DNA of 64,000 bases from Minisyncoccia bacterium (GTDB lineage Bacteria; Patescibacteriota; Minisyncoccia; Moranbacterales; GCA-2747515), in NCBI GenBank assembly GCA_041738235.1, contig JBGSQF010000013.1, forward strand, positions 321,899-385,898. Direction: 5' to 3'. The position numbers and the translations under genes are program-made. Below are positions 45,396-53,844 of the stretch, piece by piece (position 1 is the first letter of the stretch; every line of letters begins with the position of its first letter). A model generated the notes under the pieces. It was not told where the DNA came from and searched no databases. It saw only the letters and a program-made list of their open reading frames with translations.

Positions 45396-46040
45396 TTAGG
45401 GTTTAAAAATAGATGAATATATTTCCTCGGAAATTTCCTCAACAGGTCGTAAAACTCCCCTCCGCACACATTGAATCGTAACCCATCCATACCTTTTTGC
45501 CAACCATCGAGCACACCGAGATGATCGATCCTGGTACACCCTGTTTTTCTCTGCCATATCCCGATCTTTTTCTTGGATCATATCACGCGAAACAAGAACA
45601 GGAACATGCAAGAATACCGTCTTGTTTGGTTTTGGCAGTCCAAGAACGCCATACTCTAGACCTTCGATCCATTGTAAAAATTCTTTTCTTTGTGAATTAT
45701 TCAGGATCTTTCCCCCTTGATGGATCTGGTTAGAGCTCACATACCGGTCTAGAACGACTATACACCCTTCCTTGAGCCACCGCTCAATCTTCTGCTTCGA
45801 TTCAAAACGATCCACAGCATACAGCACTGAAGCGATACGCGCATCCAACTCCATAAAACCTCCATGCAAACCTCGTAAACACTCCCCGATCAACCCGCCA
45901 CAAATATTCTTTTCATACTGGGGAAAATCAAGCGTCCGCACCTTGTGTCCCATTTGCCTCAACCGTTTTACCAACGATCTCGCCTGTGTCGCTTTCCCCG
46001 ACCCGTCTATTCCATCAATAACGATAAGTTTGCCTTTCAT
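45396..46040 (-). CDS. tmk: thymidylate kinase
   Basis: LIVIDGIDGSGKATQ P-loop, DRY-like motif, lid region. Confidence 0.85.
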   Translation of the reverse strand: MKGKLIVIDGIDGSGKATQARSLVKRLRQMGHKVRTLDFPQYEKNICGGLIGECLRGLHGGFMELDARIASVLYAVDRFESKQKIERWLKEGCIVVLDRYVSSNQIHQGGKILNNSQRKEFLQWIEGLEYGVLGLPKPNKTVFLHVPVLVSRDMIQEKDRDMAEKNRVYQDRSSRCARWLAKRYGWVTIQCVRRGVLRPVEEISEEIYSSIFKP

Positions 46041-46801
46041 ACAAAGTCAATATCCGCAATACACTGATAATGATCCGCCTCAAGTTTCCGAATCTCATAC
46101 CTACTCACTTTCCAGTGTTTTGATAGTAGAATGTGATCCTGCTGACCTTTTCCTGGAGCTGTTTCTGTGTCGGTAAACACTTCAAAGAAGTTTCCTACAG
46201 AAAAAACTCTCGGAAGCATTTCTGCTAGATACGAGTAATTGAAATCCCCCACCAATACTGTCGGAACCTTTTTATATTGCAACACGAAATTTTCAATTGT
46301 GTCACGTACATTTTGAAACTCCCCCTCCATAGCATTCCTTCCAAGATAGTGATACGCAACTAAATGCGTATTGAGCAACATCACTTCCTGACCATCCACA
46401 TCCAAACAAGAACACGCTATGCCCACATCCAACGATCTCCAAACATCTCCATTTTCTCGAACCTTTTGAAGGTTTGGATTTGGCAATTCAAAGAAAAAAC
46501 TTTCTTTGATCGGGTATCGAGAAAAGTTCGCCAGAGATAACCAACTTTCTTCTTTAATATGCGACTCCCCATACGGATAGTTCTCACTTCGATTATAGCC
46601 CACCTTCGAGACCATTTCTGAAAAGGTCATCGTCTTTCCAGCCAAAGCATGATGCGTTTCTTGAAGTCCAACTATATCAGCATTGATGTCCAAAATATGC
46701 CTCAAAAAATACTCTTGATCCTCCTTCTCATGCTGGTATCCATCTTGCAGAGTACCCAAAAATCGGTGTTCCCCACCAACATTCCATGACAAAATTCTCA
46801 T
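46037..46801 (-). CDS. endonuclease/exonuclease/phosphatase (EEP) family protein
   Basis: MRILSWNVGG N-terminus, conserved Asp/His positions and a C-terminal SDH-like motif of the EEP fold. Confidence 0.65.
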   Translation of the reverse strand: MRILSWNVGGEHRFLGTLQDGYQHEKEDQEYFLRHILDINADIVGLQETHHALAGKTMTFSEMVSKVGYNRSENYPYGESHIKEESWLSLANFSRYPIKESFFFELPNPNLQKVRENGDVWRSLDVGIACSCLDVDGQEVMLLNTHLVAYHYLGRNAMEGEFQNVRDTIENFVLQYKKVPTVLVGDFNYSYLAEMLPRVFSVGNFFEVFTDTETAPGKGQQDHILLSKHWKVSRYEIRKLEADHYQCIADIDFV

Positions 46802-47253
46802 AAAGTTCCCTTAATGCCCTCAATAAGTAAACTCTGCGCATCCCGTACCGCGTTTTTTACATTAGGCAAAGTTACACTGAGATGGTTGAGTGCCTGCATA
46901 GAAACCCATTGTGGCTCTGTTTCTTTCGAAGACACCAATTCTCCAACATACTTCGTGCACACGTATATATCCACGGAAAACCTTTTCACAATACCGTCCT
47001 TTCTTTGAATGTCCGCACAATATTGTTTTACAAAGCTCAGCTCCCTCATATTCACTTCCAGACCGGTTTCTTCTTTAAGTTCTCGTGCTGCCGCATCAAT
47101 GCTCGCCTCTCCTTTCTGGATCCTCCCAGCTGGCAAACCATAAACATCCGTCAAATGTGAGGCCCCTTCAAGGTGCTTCACAAGTAGCACCTGTCCCCCG
47201 TCATTAAATACTACCACACCCGCCGTCGGAACAATTTGTGGATCTTGCGCCAT
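46798..47253 (-). CDS. Nudix hydrolase
   Basis: Canonical Nudix box GLPAGRIQKGEASIDAAARELKEETGL. Confidence 0.75.
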   Translation of the reverse strand: MAQDPQIVPTAGVVVFNDGGQVLLVKHLEGASHLTDVYGLPAGRIQKGEASIDAAARELKEETGLEVNMRELSFVKQYCADIQRKDGIVKRFSVDIYVCTKYVGELVSSKETEPQWVSMQALNHLSVTLPNVKNAVRDAQSLLIEGIKGTL

Positions 47254-47297
47254 ATTTCAACAATTTCTTAACAAATTCTTTGCCCCTGAAAAATGAA

Positions 47298-48290
47298 TTA
47301 TTTCTTCTCCATATACTTTCGCCAATTTTTTCGAAAATCATCTGTGTAAACCCCGCCCGTTGTAGACATAGTGGCACGAATCGAGGGGTGTGTTTTATAT
47401 CCATCAAGATGCGCATGCTCGGGAAGAAAATCGTCGATATCTTTTACGACATCATCTATGGTCAATGTTGGGAATTTGAATGGTTTTCGGGTAAGCTGTT
47501 CCTTTACCTGCTCAAAATGATCCCCATAGATATGCGCATCCCCAAATGTATGGATAAATTCCCCAGGTTCATTTCCTGTCGCACGAGCTAGAATATATGC
47601 AAGAAGAGCATAACTTGCGATGTTGAATGGTACACCCAAAAACATATCAGCACTACGCTGATAGAGCTGAAGCGAAAGCTTCCCATTTTTGACATTGACC
47701 TGATACATATTATGGCAAATGGGAAATCGGCACGCTTCTTTGGGAAGTGCCATACCATAGAGGTATTCCGGGTTCCAAGAATTGACCAATGCGTTGTGGC
47801 AATCAGGGTCACGCTTTACCTCCTCTACTATCCATCGAACCTGATCCACTGTCCGCCCATTCCTGGCTGGCCACCTTCGCCAAAGCTCTCCATAGATCTT
47901 CGGGAGTTCCCCCCACCTCGAAGCAAATCGTTTATCGGCTTTGATCTTTTGGATAAATTCCTTTTTGGTCAACTTGGACAGCGATCTCCTCTTGGACTGC
48001 TTTTCCAAATAGATCTTGTAGGGGTAATCATTCCAGATCGGCACTTTATTCTCAATAAGGTATTTAATGTTACTTTGTCCCGACAAAAACCAATACAACT
48101 CATGCAAAACCCCTTTCCAATACACTTCTTTGGTGGTCAGAAGTGGAAAACCCTTGGAAAGATCAAATCGGATCTGTCGCCCAAACACACTATACGTCAC
48201 CGCGCCCGTTCCCTTATCATCTTGCCGAACCCCATTCTTGAGGATATCCTCCAACAGGTCAAGATACTGATATTCTGGATGTTTTGCCAT
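47298..48290 (-). CDS. thyA: thymidylate synthase (ThyA, long form with insert)
   Basis: N-terminus YLDLLEDIL..G...DKGTG.VTYSVFGRQIRFDLSKGFPLLTTKEV.WKGV..ELYWFLSG, catalytic Cys in FPICH, C-terminal ...DAHIYGDHFEQVKEQL. 330 aa, like the L. casei-type enzyme with a ~50-aa insert. Confidence 0.85.
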   Translation of the reverse strand: MAKHPEYQYLDLLEDILKNGVRQDDKGTGAVTYSVFGRQIRFDLSKGFPLLTTKEVYWKGVLHELYWFLSGQSNIKYLIENKVPIWNDYPYKIYLEKQSKRRSLSKLTKKEFIQKIKADKRFASRWGELPKIYGELWRRWPARNGRTVDQVRWIVEEVKRDPDCHNALVNSWNPEYLYGMALPKEACRFPICHNMYQVNVKNGKLSLQLYQRSADMFLGVPFNIASYALLAYILARATGNEPGEFIHTFGDAHIYGDHFEQVKEQLTRKPFKFPTLTIDDVVKDIDDFLPEHAHLDGYKTHPSIRATMSTTGGVYTDDFRKNWRKYMEKK

Positions 48291-48296
48291 ATGTTT

Positions 48297-48494
48297 TTAT
48301 ACATTATCTTTTTTATTCAAAATAGCCACGCCAATACACACTACTAGATATACTCCCAGAACGAGAATACTGATGTTCTTCACAAATGAAAATGAGATTG
48401 AATACCGAACAGCCGCCAACAGATCAAAGAAAGGCAAAGAGACAATAATAAGTGTTGCGATCACTTTCTTCTTTGTAGGGAGAAAAAAATTCAT
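48297..48494 (-). CDS. small two-TM membrane protein (hypothetical)
   Basis: 65-aa ORF, hydrophobic. Confidence 0.3.
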   Translation of the reverse strand: MNFFLPTKKKVIATLIIVSLPFFDLLAAVRYSISFSFVKNISILVLGVYLVVCIGVAILNKKDNV

Positions 48495-48511
48495 GCATCT
48501 CTCGTTACCCC

Positions 48512-49171
48512 TTAGTGAGATGCTTTATACTCCTCAAAGTCTTTGGCCATGTTTTCAAAAAGTCCCTCCGCCATCTCACGACTCACTTCAAATCGTAATT
48601 TTTCTTTCTTGTCCAACTTCCTTTGTATAGAACTCTCCAATTTTTCTCGATGTGCCCACTCGATAAATAACATATATAATCTCTTATCGGAGGGAAGCGC
48701 CAAAGCATCAGCATCTTTAATAATCTTCATCTCATCAGTATCACTTGAGTAGCTGATAATCCCCCTTATCTTTGCAAGGCGCCCCTTTTCAAGTCCTAGG
48801 CCATCAAGAAATTCCTCAGATACAAGCACGTTAAACGACTCATGTGCTCGGTGAAGCGTTTCGGCATCCGCTTTATGTGTTTTACCAATATCGTGCAGAA
48901 GCGCCCCCACAGAAACGACCAAAGAATCACATGGAACACTTTCGGCAATTTTCCGAGCGATTTCCTCGACTCGACAGCTGTGATCGTACATCACGTGCCA
49001 ATCATTGAAACTATAATGAGGATTTTCCTGAAAAGCCTTCTTCACAAAATCCCGTGTCTTTTGAATTACAGCTAATTCATCCATATTCATTGCTTGCTTC
49101 CATTCTAAGAAATTAGTTGTGCTGAGCGCCGCCACCCCCGAAAAGGTCGTCGAGGTTACGAACTCAAACAC
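48512..49171 (-). CDS. HD-domain phosphohydrolase
   Basis: H...HD motif (GALLHDIGKTHK) and a downstream conserved Asp. Confidence 0.7.
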   Translation of the reverse strand: MFEFVTSTTFSGVAALSTTNFLEWKQAMNMDELAVIQKTRDFVKKAFQENPHYSFNDWHVMYDHSCRVEEIARKIAESVPCDSLVVSVGALLHDIGKTHKADAETLHRAHESFNVLVSEEFLDGLGLEKGRLAKIRGIISYSSDTDEMKIIKDADALALPSDKRLYMLFIEWAHREKLESSIQRKLDKKEKLRFEVSREMAEGLFENMAKDFEEYKASH

Positions 49172-49191
49172 TTATGATCAGTGTCCTAAGT

Positions 49192-49749
49192 CTAACCTTT
49201 TTTTGGTTCCGGTGTAAAGTTTTTTTTCCAATTATCTCCATTAAAACGCCCTGTTTCTGTATAATCCCGAGAAACAGGAGAGGATAACTTGCTAAACGTG
49301 AGTTGCGCAATGGCCATTCCTGGTCGCAAAATGATCGGAACCACATTAAAATTCGCCAATTCCAGAGTAATGTGCAAAAAATGCCCGGGGTTAATAATTC
49401 CGGCGGTATTGTGCACTACGAGCCCTATTCTTGCCAAAGAACTCTTCCCCGATATCTGAATGAGATACTCGTATGATCCCACAAAATCCTTGAGCGTTCC
49501 GAGAACCGTCGCTCGTGGGTGCAATACGAACTCTTCTCCATCAGGGATTTCCACTTCGCTCGTCTTGGGGAATATTTTATGAGCCGGATCGATCGCCTGC
49601 GTCTCGTGCGCGCTCGTGAGAATAAACCTATTTCCCAACAACACATCGTAACTTGCCGGCTGAAGTCGATTTTCATCAAATTCCTTGATAGTAATCACCC
49701 CATCTTCCACCGCCTTTTTTATGTCTCCATCGGATAAGAACATACTCAC
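49192..49749 (-). CDS. dcd: dCTP deaminase (dUTPase superfamily)
   Basis: MFLSDGDIKKAVEDGVITIKEFDENRLQPASYDVLLG resembles the Dcd N-terminus. Trimeric dUTPase-fold motifs. Confidence 0.75.
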   Translation of the reverse strand: MSMFLSDGDIKKAVEDGVITIKEFDENRLQPASYDVLLGNRFILTSAHETQAIDPAHKIFPKTSEVEIPDGEEFVLHPRATVLGTLKDFVGSYEYLIQISGKSSLARIGLVVHNTAGIINPGHFLHITLELANFNVVPIILRPGMAIAQLTFSKLSSPVSRDYTETGRFNGDNWKKNFTPEPKKG

Positions 49750-49789
49750 TACAAATTACAAATAAATGCCCATACAAATATACAAATAC

Positions 49790-50230
49790 CTAATCACTGA
49801 CTACCCGTTCTTTTAAAACTTTTTCCAGTTGAACAAGTAGATCTTTTTCATCTTCCGCCTCGATCATACTACTGACTGCAGGATTTCCTCTTGTCATTCT
49901 TCCCACCAATTCTCCCTTAAACCAAAACAAAATAATATCTGAGGTAGTAATTCTTGCAATTTCTAACTCGGCACCCACGCCCAGTGAAGGCATACCTACA
50001 TAAGCAATAAGCATATCCGATGATGCCACCTCTCTATGGTCCGTCTTCCACACTTCGCGGGCGCTTACTTGTGGATCTTTTATCGGATCCGTTCCACCAA
50101 GATGAGGGATATAAACGGAATCAAAATACTTGGAAGCGACCTTTCCAACATCCTCATATAAGCGCTTCATCTTCTCTATTTCCTTGACTCCCGTCAGCGG
50201 ACCAGAGATATATACTTTTTTCATATCCAT
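49790..50230 (-). CDS. nucleoside 2-deoxyribosyltransferase-like protein
   Basis: KVYISGPLTG...YIPH...D.......D..M...ADMLIAYVG...G...ELEIA pattern of the Nuc_deoxyrib_tr family. Confidence 0.6.
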   Translation of the reverse strand: MDMKKVYISGPLTGVKEIEKMKRLYEDVGKVASKYFDSVYIPHLGGTDPIKDPQVSAREVWKTDHREVASSDMLIAYVGMPSLGVGAELEIARITTSDIILFWFKGELVGRMTRGNPAVSSMIEAEDEKDLLVQLEKVLKERVVSD

Positions 50231-50315
50231 TCTTTTACCGTTTTATACCAAATCAATCTCGAAAAATTTTTAATTCCCCGAATTAAAACACTTTTTACTT
50301 TAAACTTTTCACTTT

Positions 50316-50999
50316 TTACTGAATTGTAAACGTCTTCTCCGTTCCGTAATACTCCTGCCAATGTTGATTGTAATGGGCAAACATTCGCTCGAGGCGATCT
50401 TGAGGAAGTTCTTCTACGCCCAATGTTGCCATAAGCGCACGAATCTCCTTTTTTACTTCGTCGGCGGAAATATTCTCCGACACCACTCGTTCAAATTCTG
50501 CCAAATAACCATACCCGGCGTTGCGATCGATACAGATATGCGTCCCATCACTCATTTCATATTCTTCACGATCACGTGACCACTTGGCTTGATACTCACA
50601 CCCACTGGCAATCACCAATGCGTCAACCTCATCGATGCTCATTGCCACCGTTGATTCAAACTCAATGCGTGCTGTGCCATTGGAGCTTGTCGTATCGTCG
50701 ATAGAGGCTTTGATCACAAATAATACCACATCATCAGTCTTGCGTGTGCGAATGGAAATATTTTTTCCTTCGTGAAGTATACGCAAAAAACGTTCAGTCC
50801 CATCAGGTGAGATCGTTTGTAGAAAGTTTTTTTCCAACAGCTTCATATCACCTCCCACGAAGTAATGATTGAGCTGTTTGTTCGTATCAATAATGCGACA
50901 ACTTGGGTCAAGCTCCAACATTCTTTTTTTGAGCTCTTGCACCTTCTCAATACTCCCCAACAATGACTTGATCTCCACTTCTACCAAATGATTTTCCAT
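50316..50999 (-). CDS. CYTH-domain protein (triphosphate tunnel metalloenzyme family)
   Basis: N-terminal EVEIK motif and the alternating charged beta-strand pattern of CYTH/CyaB-like enzymes. Confidence 0.5.
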   Translation of the reverse strand: MENHLVEVEIKSLLGSIEKVQELKKRMLELDPSCRIIDTNKQLNHYFVGGDMKLLEKNFLQTISPDGTERFLRILHEGKNISIRTRKTDDVVLFVIKASIDDTTSSNGTARIEFESTVAMSIDEVDALVIASGCEYQAKWSRDREEYEMSDGTHICIDRNAGYGYLAEFERVVSENISADEVKKEIRALMATLGVEELPQDRLERMFAHYNQHWQEYYGTEKTFTIQ

Positions 51000-51100
51000 A
51001 AAAGCTCCAATAATTTAATTGTATTAATTTTTCTATTATACCCCTATTCTGCCTATCCGTAAAATATCAGGAAAGTCCGTACAAAAAGAAAAAACGGACA

Positions 51101-51664
51101 TTATCGATCCGTTTTTATCTTCTTTATGATCTCCTCAGTTTTCTGCATAAGCTCTTCGAGCGTTCCTTCATTGTAGAGTGTAAAATCGGCATGACTGCCT
51201 ATCTCCGGGATACTTTTCTCTGTCTCCAAAGAAGCCTCCATCGTAACAAACTTCTCAAAAGGAATATTATCATCCGACTTCTCTCCACGACCTACTGTTC
51301 GTTTCCATCGCAATTCTTGACTTGCCGTAACATAGATCAGTATACTATTCTCAAACTTCCGCAGATATTCATAGTCCTCCATGTACCGAAGTCCATTGAT
51401 CGAGGCGATATCCTCAATAAACGCGATCTTACGATCCAATGCTCGGCAAAAGATATCCTTACCAAAATGTTTTTTGAATTCCACAGCGATCCATGCCTGG
51501 TCTTCTCGGGACGGTCGCTCAAAGAACATTCTGAGGATATCTTTGATAGGATCGGAAAAACGGAGCAGCACCGCTCCATATACATCACGAAGATGGTATG
51601 CCACCGTATCTTTCCCAGAACCACTTTCTCCAACCAAACCAATAACGAGGGGATGTTTTTGCAT
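51101..51664 (-). CDS. deoxynucleoside monophosphate kinase, phage T4 gp1-like
   Basis: LVIGLVGESGSGKDTVAYHL...RFSDPIKDILRMFF parallels T4 dNMP kinase IFLSGVKRSGKDTTADFI...QLAGPIKDALAYAW. Confidence 0.65.
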   Translation of the reverse strand: MQKHPLVIGLVGESGSGKDTVAYHLRDVYGAVLLRFSDPIKDILRMFFERPSREDQAWIAVEFKKHFGKDIFCRALDRKIAFIEDIASINGLRYMEDYEYLRKFENSILIYVTASQELRWKRTVGRGEKSDDNIPFEKFVTMEASLETEKSIPEIGSHADFTLYNEGTLEELMQKTEEIIKKIKTDR

Positions 51665-51689
51665 ACCTTCTTAAATTACCCTTGAAAGA

Positions 51690-52367
51690 TTATTGCACAC
51701 GAATGCTCGGTCCCATTGTAGAACACACTGACAAAGATACAATAAATTTCCCCTTCACAGAACCTGGTTTGGATTTGGCGATCGTTTCGGTAAATACCCC
51801 AAAGTTTTCCTGTAGTTTTTCGATTCCGAATGATACTTTTCCAATAACCTGGTGGATATTCCCGGTATTATCATTTTTAAAATTCACCTTTCCCTTTCGC
51901 AGTGACTCAACAGCCTCCGTTACTTTTGTTGTAACCGTTTCCGTCTTCGGGCTTGGCATCATGCCTCGAGGTCCCAAGATCTTAGCCATGGGGGCAAGTT
52001 TCGGCATCATCTCCGGAGTAGCCACCAATATATCACAATCGAGAGCAAAGAATTTTCCAGATTTAATATCCTCGATCAACTCCTCTCCTCCAACAACATC
52101 TGCTCCAGCTTTCTTTGCATCAGCCTGAGCGGTTGATGTGATCACGGCAACCTTTTTCTGTTTTCCCGTTCCATGAGGAAGTACGATCGTTCCCCGTATC
52201 TGTTGGTCACCTTTTTTAGGATCGATATTGAGATGCATATGCACTTCAACCGACTCATCAAACTTTGCTGTTGCGTTCTCTATCACGAATTGCAACGCAT
52301 CAGAGGGTGTATATACCTTATCCTCCAACTTCTCTATTACTGCTCGATACTTTTTTCCTTGTTTCAT
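51690..52367 (-). CDS. rplA: 50S ribosomal protein L1
   Basis: ATG at 52367 (MKQGKKYRAV). Conserved L1 core, GKVNFKNDNTGNIHQVIGKVSF. Confidence 0.85.
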   Translation of the reverse strand: MKQGKKYRAVIEKLEDKVYTPSDALQFVIENATAKFDESVEVHMHLNIDPKKGDQQIRGTIVLPHGTGKQKKVAVITSTAQADAKKAGADVVGGEELIEDIKSGKFFALDCDILVATPEMMPKLAPMAKILGPRGMMPSPKTETVTTKVTEAVESLRKGKVNFKNDNTGNIHQVIGKVSFGIEKLQENFGVFTETIAKSKPGSVKGKFIVSLSVCSTMGPSIRVQ

Positions 52368-52476
52368 ATGTTTTTCGTGGTGATAACGAGTCAACAACTC
52401 TCCCACAAATTAAATACTTATATTAATTCATCTTTCAAAGGATCCCGAATACATTTTCAGAGATATTCCCCGTCAT

Positions 52477-52902
52477 TTATTCACTGATCTTGATGCCCAT
52501 TGATCGCGCTGTTCCTTCAACGATCTTTATTGCAGCCTCAATATCATTTGCATTCAAATCCTCCATCTTGATCTCAGCGATTTCCCGCACCTGTGCTTTC
52601 GTTACCTTCCCAGCTGTATCCTTAAGAGGATTAGCAGCTCCTTTCTCGACCTTCGCTGCCTTCTTCAATAATTCCGATGCGGGGGGCGTCTTCATGACAA
52701 AATCAAATGTTCGATCCTCAAAAACCGTGATCTCCACTGGAACCACATCACCCATACGATCTTTCGAGGCCTCATTGAATTTGGTGCAAAAATCCTGAAT
52801 ATTCAAACCGTGCTGCCCCAATGCTGGGCCAACTGGAGGAGCGGGATTTGCTTTTCCTCCTTGTATCTGAAGCTTGATCACTGTTGTTACTTTCTTTGCC
52901 AT
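52477..52902 (-). CDS. rplK: 50S ribosomal protein L11
   Basis: [35 protein letters not shown], near-consensus L11. Confidence 0.9.
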   Translation of the reverse strand: MAKKVTTVIKLQIQGGKANPAPPVGPALGQHGLNIQDFCTKFNEASKDRMGDVVPVEITVFEDRTFDFVMKTPPASELLKKAAKVEKGAANPLKDTAGKVTKAQVREIAEIKMEDLNANDIEAAIKIVEGTARSMGIKISE

Positions 52903-52926
52903 AACACTACAAAAATTACAAATTGA

Positions 52927-53472
52927 TTATACCTTTCGTATCTGCAAGAAATCGAGTTCCACCGGTGTCTCCCGACCAAATATCGACACCAACACCTTTA
53001 TCTTCCCCTTTCCTTCATCAACATCCTGCACTTTTCCATCAAACTCCTTAAATGGTCCATCAGTGATCTTCACACTATCCCCACTCTTTACATCGATCTT
53101 GAATTTCGGCTCAGCAACACCCATTCTTTTCTTAATAGTAGATACTTCCTGAGGATCAACAGGCGTGGGTGTAGTTCCCAAGCCAATGAACCCGGTCACG
53201 TTGGGCGTATTCCGAACAACATACCAAGAAGCATCCGTAACGATCATATCCACTAAAACGTACCCTGGATATATTCTCTCATCCACAACAACACGCTTCC
53301 CCCCTTTTATCTTTATCTTTTTCTCTTTTGGAACAATAACGTCAAAGATAAGATCCTGCATATCCATCGATTCGATACGCTGTTTCAGGTTCCTTGCTAC
53401 ATTATCCTCATACCCTGAATATGTATGTATAACATACCACGCTCGACCATGATGTTGTGATTGTTTGGCCAT
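52927..53472 (-). CDS. nusG: transcription termination/antitermination factor NusG
   Basis: WYVIHTYSGYE NGN domain and C-terminal KOW (GDSVKITDGPFKEFDGKV). Confidence 0.9.
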   Translation of the reverse strand: MAKQSQHHGRAWYVIHTYSGYEDNVARNLKQRIESMDMQDLIFDVIVPKEKKIKIKGGKRVVVDERIYPGYVLVDMIVTDASWYVVRNTPNVTGFIGLGTTPTPVDPQEVSTIKKRMGVAEPKFKIDVKSGDSVKITDGPFKEFDGKVQDVDEGKGKIKVLVSIFGRETPVELDFLQIRKV

Positions 53473-53558
53473 ACAGAATGATCCCTTATATAATAAATTA
53501 TAAAACCCCTAGTATAAAGATACGTTATCCACCTTTCTTTAAAATAACTGACCAAAAC

Positions 53559-53747
53559 CTATCCCAAGAAGAAAGTTCGTAAACCCCAACTAAATAAGTA
53601 ATCCAACCCGCCAAGGAAAAGAGCAGTAAGAACACTCAAAAATATCACCAAAAGGGTGTAATTTTTGACTTGGTCTTTTGTTGGCCAGTTTACTCTTTTG
53701 AGTTCTGCCTGCGACTCCTTAAAGTAGGTCGTAATATCCTTTATCAT
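53559..53747 (-). CDS. secE: preprotein translocase subunit SecE
   Basis: 62 aa, ELKRVNWPTKDQV then a single TM. Immediately upstream of nusG. Confidence 0.75.
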   Translation of the reverse strand: MIKDITTYFKESQAELKRVNWPTKDQVKNYTLLVIFLSVLTALFLGGLDYLFSWGLRTFFLG

Positions 53748-53788
53748 ATTTTTCCTTTTTTAAAAGCCCTTCTGGGCTTCGTAGCTAC

Positions 53789-53817
53789 ATAATAGAACAA
53801 TATACCCTGCTTGTCAA
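53789..53817 (-). promoter_or_regulatory. sigma70-type promoter for secE-nusG-rplK-rplA (TTGACA-17-TATTAT on the minus strand)
   Basis: -35 at 53812-53817 and -10 at 53789-53794 (minus strand). A GC hairpin GAAGCCC-AGAA-GGGCTTC at 53763-53782 lies in the leader or acts as terminator of the upstream gene. Confidence 0.45.
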
Positions 53818-53844
53818 ACGCTCTCCTATAATAGAGAAAAATAC

